A stretch of 54,789 nucleotides of DNA from Promethearchaeota archaeon. GTDB lineage: Archaea; Asgardarchaeota; Lokiarchaeia; Sigyniarchaeales; SOKP01. The position numbers and the translations under genes are program-made. Where the stretch lies: positions 1 through 54,789 of the forward strand of contig JAEOSD010000001.1 in the NCBI GenBank assembly GCA_016840545.1, in the 5' to 3' direction. The notes under the pieces were generated by a model. It saw only the letters and a program-made list of their open reading frames with translations. It ran no database searches and was not told the DNA's origin. Positions within the stretch are counted from its first letter, which is position 1, and every line of letters starts with the position of its first letter. This document shows positions 1 through 10,346 of this stretch, piece by piece.

Positions 1-201
1 TTTTTGATTAATCATTTCTATATATTTATTGTAAATTTTTATTTGATACTGAAATGAATAACTTTTATGAAAATCATATATATAGAATATATAGATATTA
101 TTTTAAATTGATCAAATATTTATTTTATATAACTAAACTAACTCAATATTGACATTTAAAATTCTATATAGATATAATATTAAAAAGTTAGAGGATTAAA
201 A

Positions 202-1209
202 ATGGAATATAATATTGATACAAGGCGGGTTCAGCAAACAGGCGGTTCTTCTTATATTATCAGTCTTCCAAAGGAATGGATTGAAAAACATGGCATTGAA
301 GCAAAAGATACTGTCGGTGTCCTATCTCAACCTGATGGTAATTTATTAATTACTCCCTATATAAGCTCTCAAGAATATATAAAAGAGAAATTAATCGATG
401 TAGATGATATAAATAACACTAATTTCTTATTTCGATTGCTAATTGGAGCTTATATTATGGGCTATACTATAATAAAAATTAAAACGAGCAAGCCTAAGTT
501 TGAATCAAAAATAAGAGAATGCATAGAAAGTTTTATCAACATTGCTGTGGGCCCAGAAATCATCGAGGAAACAAATCAGTATGTCTTTATTAAAGATTTA
601 GTTAATCCTAAAGAGATGCCTTTCGAAAAAACCATCAAACGTATGTATATATTAGCTCAATCTATGCATGAGGATGCGGTTAAGGCGTTAGAAACAGGAG
701 ATAGAGAATTAGCAAATAAAGTTATCTATAGAGATGACCAAATAGATAGACTTAATTGGTTGGTTGAACGACAATCCCATATAGTCCTTAGGGATATAAT
801 TTTGTGCCAGAAAATGAATATTACGCTAGAAGATGCGAGTAATTTTCAATTAATAAGTAAATACTTAGAGCGAATTGGTGACCACGCAGTTAAAATAGCG
901 AAAAATGTTTTAAAAATAGATTATAAAATCTTTGACAAAAAATTATTTAAAAGCATTACAAATGCAAGCAAAATTTCATTAGAATTACTTAACATTAGTT
1001 TAGATGCATGGCTTCAAAAAGATTTAAGGCTTGCCGATGAAAATATTGAATCGATAAAAAACTTAACAGATGCTTGTGAAAAAATTAGATTTAATTCAGA
1101 GAACAGTTCCCAATTTGCTGTTGAATTGGGATATATAATTGAAAGTATAAGAAGAACAGGGGAATATTCTTCAGATATTTCTGAAATTATAATAAATAAT
1201 CTTATCTAA
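202..1209 (+). CDS. PhoU-family phosphate-uptake regulator with N-terminal AbrB/SpoVT-type domain (archaeal architecture)
   Basis: 335-aa ORF. N-terminus RRVQQTGGSSYIISLPKEW matches the SpoVT/AbrB signature. The rest is helical PhoU-like repeats including YLERIGDHAVKIA. GAGGA lies about 6 nt upstream of the ATG. Confidence 0.8.
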   Translation: MEYNIDTRRVQQTGGSSYIISLPKEWIEKHGIEAKDTVGVLSQPDGNLLITPYISSQEYIKEKLIDVDDINNTNFLFRLLIGAYIMGYTIIKIKTSKPKFESKIRECIESFINIAVGPEIIEETNQYVFIKDLVNPKEMPFEKTIKRMYILAQSMHEDAVKALETGDRELANKVIYRDDQIDRLNWLVERQSHIVLRDIILCQKMNITLEDASNFQLISKYLERIGDHAVKIAKNVLKIDYKIFDKKLFKSITNASKISLELLNISLDAWLQKDLRLADENIESIKNLTDACEKIRFNSENSSQFAVELGYIIESIRRTGEYSSDISEIIINNLI

Positions 1210-1217
1210 TTTTTTAA

Positions 1218-1523
1218 TTAAAGCTTAAAATTTTTTCTTATACTAATTAAAGTTGTTGTTGTCTCTATCCACTTTTTTAAATCATTATCAGTTCTACAAA
1301 ATGAAATAATTTTATCTAAATCTTCTAAATTACTGAAAATACATTCTATTAATAAATCCCATCCACCATAAGTAGGAGTAGCATAAGAGATTTTCCAATT
1401 TTCATCAGAGCTGTTTAAATTAAATTCTTTTAACTTTTTAACAATATCCCATTGAGTATCAATAATCCTAAGCCGAATCAAAATATATCCACGATAATAA
1501 ATTAATTTAACACCTGAATCCAT
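1218..1523 (-). CDS. small Lrp/AsnC ligand-binding (RAM) domain-like protein
   Basis: 101-aa ORF. The pattern YILIRL...YGGWDLLIE...LEDLDKII...TTTTLISI resembles the stand-alone AsnC-type beta-alpha-beta-beta-alpha-beta domain. No HTH is present. Confidence 0.45.
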   Translation of the reverse strand: MDSGVKLIYYRGYILIRLRIIDTQWDIVKKLKEFNLNSSDENWKISYATPTYGGWDLLIECIFSNLEDLDKIISFCRTDNDLKKWIETTTTLISIRKNFKL

Positions 1524-1740
1524 TAGTTTTACTTATTTTCTTTGCCAAATCTCTAAGCATTTATAAAATTTATTAAGTTTTTTAATATTTTTCAAGCTTT
1601 CTATTAAGATAGAAATAATTAATTTTAGAATAAGATTAATTTTAAGATAAAAAATCTTGCATAATTTTTTTATATAAGTTTATAAAAATATGATTAAACA
1701 AGTTATCTTTTTAATTTCTTTAGCAAAAAGGGAAAATTGT

Positions 1741-2700
1741 ATGAATAAAAATGAAATTTTATCTAAAAAATTGTTCCTATTCATCGTTATTATAGCAGTG
1801 ATTACTTTTTTTGTTGGTCTAATTTTAATATTACTAGGATATAATATCACCATTTGTGAATTTTTCTACAATAATGATATAACCTATACGATTTTCACTG
1901 CAATAAGCTATCTAGGAGACACTACTTTTTTAATAGTAGTAATAGTAATAGTATGGTATGTCTACGATGTTGCCTTTGCGAAAAATTTAGCATTAAGCCT
2001 TTTAGGTTCATATTTTGTTAATTCAATTGCAAAAGATATTGGACAGGATCCAAGACCATGGACAAATATAAAGGCAAATGTAGAAGGGCCTGGTTTTCCT
2101 TCAGGACATTCTCAACAGGGGGTAGCGGGATATGGATATATAGGTTATGAGGCTTATCAAAAGAATAATAAGGTAGTTTCATGGATTTTCATAATTCTTG
2201 TATATTTAATAGCGATTTCAAGAGTAATAATAGGGGCTCATGATCTTCAAGATATTTGGGGAGGATTATTATTTGGAATGATATGGTTAACAATTTTCAT
2301 AGTATTAGAACCAAAACTTTCAGAAATTATAACCAAGTTTAGTTTAATGATCAAGATATTATTATCAATAATCATTCCTATTGTATTATTCATTATAGCT
2401 ATTTTAATCTTCCCATACACTGAACTTGATTACGGGTTAATGTGTGGTGGTATGATGGGTTTATCTTTAGGATACATTATAGGAAATGAGAAAATTGGAT
2501 ATGATCCAAAAGAAATTAGTACAATGCAAAAATTAATTAACTTTGCAATAGGGATTGTAATTACGTTAGGTCTTTATTTAGGTTTAGGATTCATTCCTTT
2601 AGATGATTTAGGTCAAATTTGGGATTTTATACAGTATTTCATCTTAGCAATATTATTAACTACTTTAGTGCCTTGGTTATTCACAAAGATTCAACGATAG
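1741..2700 (+). CDS. PAP2-family membrane phosphatase (lipid/undecaprenyl-type phosphate phosphatase)
   Basis: All three PAP2 motifs are present: KDIGQDPRPW (KxxxxxxRP), PSGHS and SRVIIGAHDLQD (SRxxxxxHxxxD). There are many TM helices. The ORF opens at 1690, but the ATG at 1741 follows a GGGAAA purine patch. Confidence 0.8.
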   Translation: MNKNEILSKKLFLFIVIIAVITFFVGLILILLGYNITICEFFYNNDITYTIFTAISYLGDTTFLIVVIVIVWYVYDVAFAKNLALSLLGSYFVNSIAKDIGQDPRPWTNIKANVEGPGFPSGHSQQGVAGYGYIGYEAYQKNNKVVSWIFIILVYLIAISRVIIGAHDLQDIWGGLLFGMIWLTIFIVLEPKLSEIITKFSLMIKILLSIIIPIVLFIIAILIFPYTELDYGLMCGGMMGLSLGYIIGNEKIGYDPKEISTMQKLINFAIGIVITLGLYLGLGFIPLDDLGQIWDFIQYFILAILLTTLVPWLFTKIQR

Positions 2701-2739
2701 AGAAGTATTTTTTAATTTTAAAAATCAATTTTTTTTATT

Positions 2740-5700
2740 TTACCAATAAATTTCTTTTAACGATTGATGATATTCATTAAGAGATTTTATCTCAACCTTT
2801 TTCTTCCGGAATTTTTCAATAGCATTTATAATAGCTTCAGCTAATTGCAAGTTAATTATAACAGGTATATTAAAATCAATAGCCATCCTTCTAATCTTAT
2901 ATTCATCTTCCATAATAGTATTAAATTTTTCTTCTACAGTTGTGGGAAGAGGTATATTAATAACCATATCGATGCGACCGTTTTGTAAACAACTCATAAT
3001 ATTAGGTTCCATTCCCTGTTCATGAACTTTATAAAGCCGTACAGCTTCAATTCCATTATTGTTTAGAGCTCTTTTTGTGTCTTCCGTTGCAAAAATAGTA
3101 AATCCTAACTCCTTTATTTTTTTAGCTAAAGGTATAACCTGCTTTTTTAATTTTTCTCCACCTACTGAGATTAAAATATTCCCCCCTTCAATAGGTATTT
3201 CCTGTTCTGTCGCTTCTAAAGCTTTAATTAGTGCTTCGGGGAAGTCCTTACCCATACAGGCTATCTCTCCTGTGGAAGCCATCTCAACCCCCAAAATAGG
3301 ATCTGCTTTGTCTAATCTCATAAAAGAGAACATTGGAGCTTTAATAGATACAAAATTTCCATAGGGGAGGTTTTTCAATTTATTAGGAATCAACTTTCCC
3401 ATAATAATCTCAGCTGCTAGTTTCATGAGATTAATTCCTCTAGTTTTGGAAACATAAGGCATACTTCGACTAGATCTTAAATTACATTCAATTACATATG
3501 CTTCTCCGTTTTTAACTAAGTATTGAACGTTGAATGGCCCCTGAATTTTAAGAGCAAGTGCAATCTTATTTGTATACTCTTCAATTTTTTTTATTATATT
3601 CTCTGAAATAGTTTGAGGGGGGATTGCCATATTTGCATCACCAGAATGAACACCTGCGTTCTCAATATGCTCAACTATTGCTCCAATAAATACGGTTTCA
3701 CCATCACAGACCCCATCGCATTCAATTTCCCTCGCATTTGTAAAGAATTTTGTTATTACAACGGGATATTCTTTTGATACTGAAGCAGCAAGATCGAGAG
3801 TATCTTGTAAAGTTTTTTCATCATAAGAAACTCTCATAGCAGCTCCACTTAATACATAAGAAGGTCTTACTAAAATAGGGTATCCTACTATCTTGGCAAA
3901 CTTTAGAGCATCTTCCTTTGTTGTTAATGCTTTCCATTTTGGTTGCCTTATTTCTAATTGATCTAATAATGCACTGAATTTACTTCTATCTTCTGCCATA
4001 TCTATTCGTGTGCCATGAGTGCCAAGAATCTTTAAATTTGTTTTCCGAAAGAATTCTGAATATTTTGCAAATTTAGCTGCTAAATTGTTGGCAATTTGAC
4101 CTCCTGCTGAAACAACAATACCCATGGCTTTTTCTAATTCACAAATATCAAGAACTCTCTCTCCAGATAATTCTTCAAAATATAATTTATCTGAAACATC
4201 ATAATCAGTAGAAACCGTCTCTGGATTATAGTTTATCATAATTGCTTGATCAATTCCTAATTTCTTCAAACCCCATAGACAATTTACTGATCCCCAGTCA
4301 AATTCTACTGAAGCCCCAATACGATATGTTCCAGAGCCTAAAACTATTACTTTTTTAAGATTAGATTTATATTCTTGCTCAAAATCGATGTCATGTTCTG
4401 AAGCACTATAAGTAAGATAAAGATAATTTGTTTTTGCAGGCCATTCGGCTGCTAAAGTATCAATTCTCTTTACAAAAGGATGGATATTTAATTTTCTACG
4501 CATTTGTCTTATAAAAATAGTATCTACTCCCATTATTTTAGCAATTTGACCATCTGAGAAGCCAAATCTTTTAGCCCTTTCTAACCAATATTTTTTTTCA
4601 GCATCGCTAGATTTTAATAAACCAATATCTTGTATTTGGCGTTCAATATCAATTATATTTTTTAATTTGTAAAGAAACCATTTATCAACTCTGGCCAAAC
4701 GATATATTTCTTCTATTGAAATACCCCTTTTTATAGCCTCTCCAATTCTAAAAAGTCTTAAATCAGTAGGATTTTTTAGTGCATATTTTAATTCATTAAT
4801 ATCTTCAATAGGCTCCAGTTCATTCGCTACAAATCCTTTCATTCCAATATCTAACATTCTTATAGCCTTCTGGATAACTTCTTCGAAGGTTCTACCTATC
4901 GCCATTACTTCACCAACGCTTTTCATCTGAGATCCAATTCTACGATCAACCTTCTGGAATTTTGTCATATCCCATCTAGGGATTTTTAGTACCAAATAAT
5001 CCAATGCTGGTTCAAAGCAGGCTGTTGTAATACCCGTTATTTTGTTTTTTAATTCTGGTAAGGTATAACCAATAGCTAACTTCGCTGCTATGTATGCCAA
5101 TGGATATCCTGTGGCTTTTGAAGCCAGTGCTGAGGATCTAGAAAGACGGGCATTTACTTCGATCACCCGAAATTCTTTAGAGAAAGGATCTAAAGCATAT
5201 TGAATATTACACTCTCCAATTATTCCTAAACTTCTTATTACACGTATAGAAGCTGAACGAAGCATATGGTACTCTTCATTTGTTAATGTTTGAGAGGGAG
5301 CGATTACAATACTCTCTCCAGTATGAATACCTACTGGGTCAAAATTTTCCATATTGCAATTGATAAAACAATTATCTAATGAATCCCTCACTACTTCATA
5401 CTCAATTTCCTTCCAACCCCAAACAGATTCTTCAATAAGGATCTGGTTAATTCTTGATTGAGCTAATCCCCTTCTTGCCATTCTTTCAAAATCTTTCATG
5501 TTTTCAACAATTCCTGATCCTCTCCCTCCCAATGTATAAGCAACTCTAATCATGAGAGGGAAACCAAATACTTTAGCCGCTTTTATAGCTTCTTTATAAG
5601 AGGTAACCGCTACGCTTCTGCAAACTTTAGCGTTTGCCCTATTCATTGCCTGTACAAATAAATCTCGATCTTCAGTGGCCTCAATTGCTTCAATAGGGGT

Positions 5701-6051
5701 TCCCAAGACTCTAATATTATATTTTTCTAAAATACCAAGTTCTTTTAATTCAACACCAACATTAAGAGCTGTTTGCCCACCGAATGCTAATAATATACCA
5801 TCAGGTCTTTCTTTTTTGATTACTTCTTCTACATAAGTTACATTGATAGGAAGTAAATATACACGATCTGATAATTGCGGGTCAGTTTGAATGGTTGCTA
5901 TATTAGGATTAATTAAAATAGTCTCAATTCCTTCTTCTTTAAGCGCTTTTAATACTTGGCTGCCAGAGTAATCAAATTCTCCTGCTTGACCAATACGTAT
6001 ACCTCCAGAACCAAGAATCAATGCTTTTTTTATTGTTCTATCTAAGGGCAT
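2740..6051 (-). CDS. carB: carbamoyl-phosphate synthase large subunit
   Basis: 1103 aa with a duplicated ATP-grasp architecture: ILGSGGIRIGQAGEFDYSGSQ in the first half, VLGSGTYRIGASVEFDWGSV in the second. It ends in an MGS-like tail and sits 2 nt downstream of carA. Confidence 0.97.
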   Translation of the reverse strand: MPLDRTIKKALILGSGGIRIGQAGEFDYSGSQVLKALKEEGIETILINPNIATIQTDPQLSDRVYLLPINVTYVEEVIKKERPDGILLAFGGQTALNVGVELKELGILEKYNIRVLGTPIEAIEATEDRDLFVQAMNRANAKVCRSVAVTSYKEAIKAAKVFGFPLMIRVAYTLGGRGSGIVENMKDFERMARRGLAQSRINQILIEESVWGWKEIEYEVVRDSLDNCFINCNMENFDPVGIHTGESIVIAPSQTLTNEEYHMLRSASIRVIRSLGIIGECNIQYALDPFSKEFRVIEVNARLSRSSALASKATGYPLAYIAAKLAIGYTLPELKNKITGITTACFEPALDYLVLKIPRWDMTKFQKVDRRIGSQMKSVGEVMAIGRTFEEVIQKAIRMLDIGMKGFVANELEPIEDINELKYALKNPTDLRLFRIGEAIKRGISIEEIYRLARVDKWFLYKLKNIIDIERQIQDIGLLKSSDAEKKYWLERAKRFGFSDGQIAKIMGVDTIFIRQMRRKLNIHPFVKRIDTLAAEWPAKTNYLYLTYSASEHDIDFEQEYKSNLKKVIVLGSGTYRIGASVEFDWGSVNCLWGLKKLGIDQAIMINYNPETVSTDYDVSDKLYFEELSGERVLDICELEKAMGIVVSAGGQIANNLAAKFAKYSEFFRKTNLKILGTHGTRIDMAEDRSKFSALLDQLEIRQPKWKALTTKEDALKFAKIVGYPILVRPSYVLSGAAMRVSYDEKTLQDTLDLAASVSKEYPVVITKFFTNAREIECDGVCDGETVFIGAIVEHIENAGVHSGDANMAIPPQTISENIIKKIEEYTNKIALALKIQGPFNVQYLVKNGEAYVIECNLRSSRSMPYVSKTRGINLMKLAAEIIMGKLIPNKLKNLPYGNFVSIKAPMFSFMRLDKADPILGVEMASTGEIACMGKDFPEALIKALEATEQEIPIEGGNILISVGGEKLKKQVIPLAKKIKELGFTIFATEDTKRALNNNGIEAVRLYKVHEQGMEPNIMSCLQNGRIDMVINIPLPTTVEEKFNTIMEDEYKIRRMAIDFNIPVIINLQLAEAIINAIEKFRKKKVEIKSLNEYHQSLKEIYW

Positions 6052-6053
6052 TT

Positions 6054-7187
6054 TTATAAACCCAAAAGTTCAATAAATTTATCAAATAAATATAGAGAAT
6101 CTAAAGGTCCTGGTGAAGCTTCTGGATGGAATTGGACTGCAAAAATAGGTTTATCTTCAGAAATTAAACCTTCATTCGAATTATCATCGATATTCTCAAG
6201 AAATCCGTTAAAACCACCTTTTTCAAAATCTCTAATACAAAACCCATGATTTTGTGAAGTTATATAACATTGTTTTGTATTAGGATTAATAACGGTTTTA
6301 TTACCACCCCGATGTCCATATTTTAGTTTATAAGAAGATCCACCTGCAGCTAAACCAATAATCTGATTACCTAGGCATATACCCATAGTGGGAATTGCAT
6401 TTTTAATGAGTTTTTGAGCGACTTCAATCGCATTTCTATATATGGCTGGATCTCCGGGACCATTTGAAATTAATACTCCATCTGGGTTAAATTCCATAAT
6501 GCTCTCAAAGGAGTAGTTATATGGAACTAGAATTACATTTATTCTCCTTTTTACAAGATTTCTGAGTATATTATTTTTTACTCCTAGATCTAATACTATT
6601 ACTTTTCCTTTCGGATTAGATGGAGTAAAATATTTTATTTCTTTCGTTGAAACTTCACTTGCTAAGTGCCTAAGGTTAGGATCTTTTACTTTTTTAACAT
6701 CTTCTTTTAATTCTTCAATATTTGGGATTTCACCTGGATTAAAAACAGCAAGTAAACCAAGTTGTACTCCTTCTTCTCTTAAAATTTTAGTAATTGCTCT
6801 TGTATCAACCCATTCTATTCCAGGAATATCTTCTTCCAGAAGAAATTCATTAAGAGTTTTACTACTTTCATAATGGCTTGGATTTTTACAACATTCATTT
6901 ACTACAAAGCCACTTACTTTAATTGAATCTGACTCAAAATATTTATGAATGCTATATATATCTTTTTCCCAAGCAGGAACTCCATAATTACCAACTAAAG
7001 GGTGTGTCATTACAACTATTTGACCCTTGTATGATGGATCTGTAAGAGTTTCATTATAACCAGCTCCCGTAATTGTAGTAAAAACAATTTCTCCTCCTAC
7101 TTTTTTTGTTGCTCCAAAGCTGACACCTTCAAAATACCGCCCATCTTGAAGCATCAAAATAGCTGGTCTTTCTTTTTTATAAAGCAT
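6054..7187 (-). CDS. carA: carbamoyl-phosphate synthase small (glutaminase) subunit
   Basis: 377 aa with a class-I GATase triad context: GICLGNQ (Cys nucleophile) and FAVQFHPEASPGP. It lies immediately upstream of carB. Confidence 0.95.
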   Translation of the reverse strand: MLYKKERPAILMLQDGRYFEGVSFGATKKVGGEIVFTTITGAGYNETLTDPSYKGQIVVMTHPLVGNYGVPAWEKDIYSIHKYFESDSIKVSGFVVNECCKNPSHYESSKTLNEFLLEEDIPGIEWVDTRAITKILREEGVQLGLLAVFNPGEIPNIEELKEDVKKVKDPNLRHLASEVSTKEIKYFTPSNPKGKVIVLDLGVKNNILRNLVKRRINVILVPYNYSFESIMEFNPDGVLISNGPGDPAIYRNAIEVAQKLIKNAIPTMGICLGNQIIGLAAGGSSYKLKYGHRGGNKTVINPNTKQCYITSQNHGFCIRDFEKGGFNGFLENIDDNSNEGLISEDKPIFAVQFHPEASPGPLDSLYLFDKFIELLGL

Positions 7188-7402
7188 TGACTCTTTTGTA
7201 AGGTTCTTCTTTATTCTCTCTCTTATTTAAAATAAAGATAGCTAATCCTTTTTTTTAAGATTATTTATTAACTAGTTAAATAAAGTGTATTATAGATAGA
7301 GCTATTTTATAATTTGATGTATATTTGCCATAGTTTTAAAAAATTCATATTTGGTGTTTCCTATAGCTTGAATAAGAAACTATGAAAAAATTTTACTAAA
7401 AT

Positions 7403-7440
7403 AAAAAAAAAAGAGCTTAAGGTTTTAATTAATAAAAACC
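7403..7440 (-). terminator. putative transcription terminator of the hbd-NMO-dmsAB-like unit
   Basis: On the minus strand, directly after the TAG stop (7441-7443), there is a short hairpin: GGTTTT/AAAACC arms at 7421-7426 and 7435-7440. It is followed by a T10 run (plus-strand A10 at 7403-7412). Oligo-T tracts are the known archaeal termination signal. Confidence 0.4.
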
Positions 7441-7998
7441 CTATCTATTTTTTGACTTAAAAACAATGGCAGGTTTAGTTCTCTGAGAATAAGTGAAGTT
7501 GTCGGCATTTTTAATAGTTCCATATTTTGATTCTAACTCTTTTAGTATGCCCGAATCTAACGCTCTTGTGCGACAAGTTTCAATACATACAGGTAACTTG
7601 CCTTCTAAATGTCTGTCCAAACAAAAATTGCATTTTCGCATTTTTGCTCCTTTTTCAGGTCCAAATTGAGGGGCATCATAGGGGCATGCTTTTAAACACT
7701 TTGAATCACATTCTTCATTACCTAAGCATTTATCACTATCAACAAGAACAATTCCATCTTCTTCTCTTTTAGTGATTGCATTCACAGGACATACTGATAT
7801 ACAAACTGGATCTTCACAATGATAACAAGGGCTAATAAGATAGCTTACAAATACGTTAGGAAATTTTCCTTTCTCATTATAAAGAATTCTCATCCATTTT
7901 TCTGGACCCGCTGGAATGTCATGCCAATCTTTACAAGCTATAACGCATGCAGAACATCCAATGCATCTAGTTTGATCAAAATAAAAACCAAATTGCAT
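7441..7998 (-). CDS. 4Fe-4S electron-transfer subunit of a DMSO-reductase-family enzyme (DmsB-like)
   Basis: Cys clusters CIGCSACVIAC, CYHCEDPVCISVCP, CLGNEECDSKCLKACP and CNFCLDR...CIETC, collinear with E. coli DmsB. The start is placed at the ATG at 7998 (MQFGFYFDQTRC) because AGGAGG lies 8 nt upstream. The ORF track's start at 8031 would overlap the upstream gene. Confidence 0.85.
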   Translation of the reverse strand: MQFGFYFDQTRCIGCSACVIACKDWHDIPAGPEKWMRILYNEKGKFPNVFVSYLISPCYHCEDPVCISVCPVNAITKREEDGIVLVDSDKCLGNEECDSKCLKACPYDAPQFGPEKGAKMRKCNFCLDRHLEGKLPVCIETCRTRALDSGILKELESKYGTIKNADNFTYSQRTKPAIVFKSKNR

Positions 7999-8002
7999 AC
8001 TA

Positions 8003-10240
8003 TTAGCCTCCTTTAAATTTTTTAAATTCAACTAAACATGAGTTTAAAGCAGATGCACCACCGGGAGAATATGCATCTTTTGTTAAAGTATTAACACATC
8101 CACCTCTATCAATACCATTTTCATCCGGATCGTACCATGATCCTTCAAAAATACTAATTACTCCAGGAATTATTCTTTCTGTTAACCATGCTTTAATTGT
8201 GAGTTTTCCTCTATCATTGAATATAAATATTTCATCCCCATCTTTTACTCCTCTTGCCTCAGCATCAATAGGATTAATCCATGCTACATGATCTTCAACT
8301 TCTTTAAGCCATTGAACTAAATATAATTCTGAATGAACCCTATTTTTAGGATGTGGTGATATTAATTGTATTGGGTACTTTTCACTTAAAGGATCATATC
8401 GTCCTTCCCATCGTTCCATGTATTTTGGAATTGGAGGATTTTCAGGATCATTTAAATCTGCAATTCTTTGAGAAAAAATCTCAATCTTACCAGAAGGGGT
8501 ACTAAATGGTTTATTTTCAATATCTTCAATCTGTTCCTTAAATGCAACATAAGGTTCTTCGAGTTTAAGACGATATATTCCATCCTGCCTAAAACTACTT
8601 ATATTTCGTATGTTTTTTCTGGTATCTTCTCGTAATTTTATTAAAAATCTTAAAGCTTTTTTCTCATCTGGATATTTTTCAAATTCTTCTAATCCAAGTT
8701 TATCTGCTAATTCTTCAGCGATTCTTAAATCAGACTTACATTCTCCAATAGGGTCAATTACTTGGTTCGCACATAGAAAATATGGGCCAGAGGGCCAAGG
8801 TCTTACTAAATCACTTTTCTCAGCTATGCTAGTAACAGGAAGAATTATATCAGCATATCTTGCTGTTGGTGTAAGCCATAAATCAGCTAGGACCATGTAA
8901 TCAAGCCTTTTCAAGGCTTCTGCAGATTTATTAGTGTTTCCCAGTTGGTTTAAAAAGTTATTATTCACAAACCATGCAAATTTGGCATCAAAAGGATATC
9001 CTCCCTTTTTACCTTTTAATATAGCGTCAAATATTTTATTTGTATGGCATCTTGCCTGAAATCTAAGTTTTAAATCTAAAGAACCTCGAACTGATTTTAA
9101 TCCTGTCTCAACTGGATTTCTGTAAGGAGGAGGTATCCTAGAAGCAAAAAACATATGACCATAAGGAATTCCCATTAATCCCCCTGCTGCATTTCCTCCA
9201 TGTTTACCTACATTTCCAGTCATTGCAGTTAAAGTCATAGCACATCTATTATATAATTCTCCTACAGCACTTCGCGCAGGACCTTGGCAATCCATCAATG
9301 CAGCAGGTTTAGTTCTAGCATACTCACGAGCAAGATTAGTAATTGTTTCTGCCGACACAGAAGTAATTTTCTCTGCCCATTCAGGAGTTTTAGGTATTCC
9401 ATCTTTGTTGCCCATAAGATAATCTTTGAATTTCTCAAATCCTACGGTATATTTATCTAAAAATTCTTGATCATGAAGGTTTTCTTTGATCATAACATAA
9501 GCAATAGCAACCATCATCGCTGTATCTGTACCAGGTATAATCGGGATCCATTGATCTGCTAAAACCACGGCAGAATCACTATATCTTGGATCAATACATA
9601 TGATTTTTATTCCCTTCTCTTTAGCCTTAATTAAGTTAAATATTGTATCTGTACCAGAGATCATTCTTGCCGGATCCCACCCCCACATGATAATTAGCTT
9701 AGAATTTAGTAAATCTGTACGACTGTGTCCAACAAAGGGAGAAATATACTGAGTCTGTGTTGCATAGACTGCTCCTTCAGAAGACACATTACCATAATGA
9801 GTTGAATATCCCCCAAATTGAGTTAAAAGCCTTATCATCGCGAACATCCCATCATGATATGCACCTTGATAACCACCACCCATAGCTAAGAATATACTTG
9901 AATTTCCATACTTTTCTTTAACTTCTTTAAGTTTTTCGGCAATCTCAGTTAATGCATCATCCCATGAAATACGTTTGAATTTACCAAGTCCTTTTGGACC
10001 ATCTCTCTTTAAAGGATATTTTAAACGTTCTGGATGATATACATATTGTCTAAAGGCCCTACATCTTAAACAAGTTCTAAGTTGTTCATCTTTTTCTTCA
10101 TAATCATCTCCTTCTACTCTAATAATCTTACCTTCTTTAATATGGATTTTAAGAGGACACCTTCCTCCACAATCGAACGTGGATGCTGTACGGACAATCT
10201 TAATATCTTCTTCATTTATATTTTTTTCTTGATTTTCCAC
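8003..10240 (-). CDS. molybdopterin (bis-MGD) oxidoreductase catalytic subunit, DmsA/YnfE-like, no Tat leader
   Basis: 745 aa, collinear with E. coli DmsA: FDCGGRCPLK (FS0 region), RTCLRCRAFRQYVYHPERLKYPLKR, HYGNVSSEG (Ser Mo-ligand region). The N-terminus MENQEKNINEEDIK has no twin-arginine motif. Confidence 0.85.
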   Translation of the reverse strand: MENQEKNINEEDIKIVRTASTFDCGGRCPLKIHIKEGKIIRVEGDDYEEKDEQLRTCLRCRAFRQYVYHPERLKYPLKRDGPKGLGKFKRISWDDALTEIAEKLKEVKEKYGNSSIFLAMGGGYQGAYHDGMFAMIRLLTQFGGYSTHYGNVSSEGAVYATQTQYISPFVGHSRTDLLNSKLIIMWGWDPARMISGTDTIFNLIKAKEKGIKIICIDPRYSDSAVVLADQWIPIIPGTDTAMMVAIAYVMIKENLHDQEFLDKYTVGFEKFKDYLMGNKDGIPKTPEWAEKITSVSAETITNLAREYARTKPAALMDCQGPARSAVGELYNRCAMTLTAMTGNVGKHGGNAAGGLMGIPYGHMFFASRIPPPYRNPVETGLKSVRGSLDLKLRFQARCHTNKIFDAILKGKKGGYPFDAKFAWFVNNNFLNQLGNTNKSAEALKRLDYMVLADLWLTPTARYADIILPVTSIAEKSDLVRPWPSGPYFLCANQVIDPIGECKSDLRIAEELADKLGLEEFEKYPDEKKALRFLIKLREDTRKNIRNISSFRQDGIYRLKLEEPYVAFKEQIEDIENKPFSTPSGKIEIFSQRIADLNDPENPPIPKYMERWEGRYDPLSEKYPIQLISPHPKNRVHSELYLVQWLKEVEDHVAWINPIDAEARGVKDGDEIFIFNDRGKLTIKAWLTERIIPGVISIFEGSWYDPDENGIDRGGCVNTLTKDAYSPGGASALNSCLVEFKKFKGG

Positions 10241-10346
10241 TAAATTATCTCTCTAAAAATTAGTAATTCTTTTTTTAATTACCTTTATTTATTGTTTCTG
10301 TTAACAGATTTCATAAATCTTCAGGGAATCAAAGATAAATTTTTTG

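Noticed and set aside
3059-3364. 101-aa plus-strand ORF inside carB
   Set aside because: It lies antisense to a full-length, strongly conserved carB. Its product is low-complexity and Ser/Phe/Ile-rich with no recognisable motif. This is a typical shadow ORF.
7527-8016. Two plus-strand ORFs (7527-7772, 7819-8016) inside the DmsB-like gene
   Set aside because: They are antisense shadow ORFs of a gene whose Cys-cluster motifs are unambiguous on the minus strand.
7999-8031. N-terminal 11-codon extension of the DmsB-like ORF (MNLKNLKEANS)
   Set aside because: It would overlap the end of the DmsA-like gene. The internal ATG at 7998 has AGGAGG 8 nt upstream and matches the family N-terminus (MxxGFxxDxxxCxGC).
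8610-8900. 96-aa plus-strand ORF inside the DmsA-like gene (the same applies to 11119-11403, 14050-14277, 17032-17220, 18098-18576, 19419-19721, 23777-24097)
   Set aside because: All of them lie antisense to long ORFs with clear family motifs. Their translations are low-complexity and carry no motifs.
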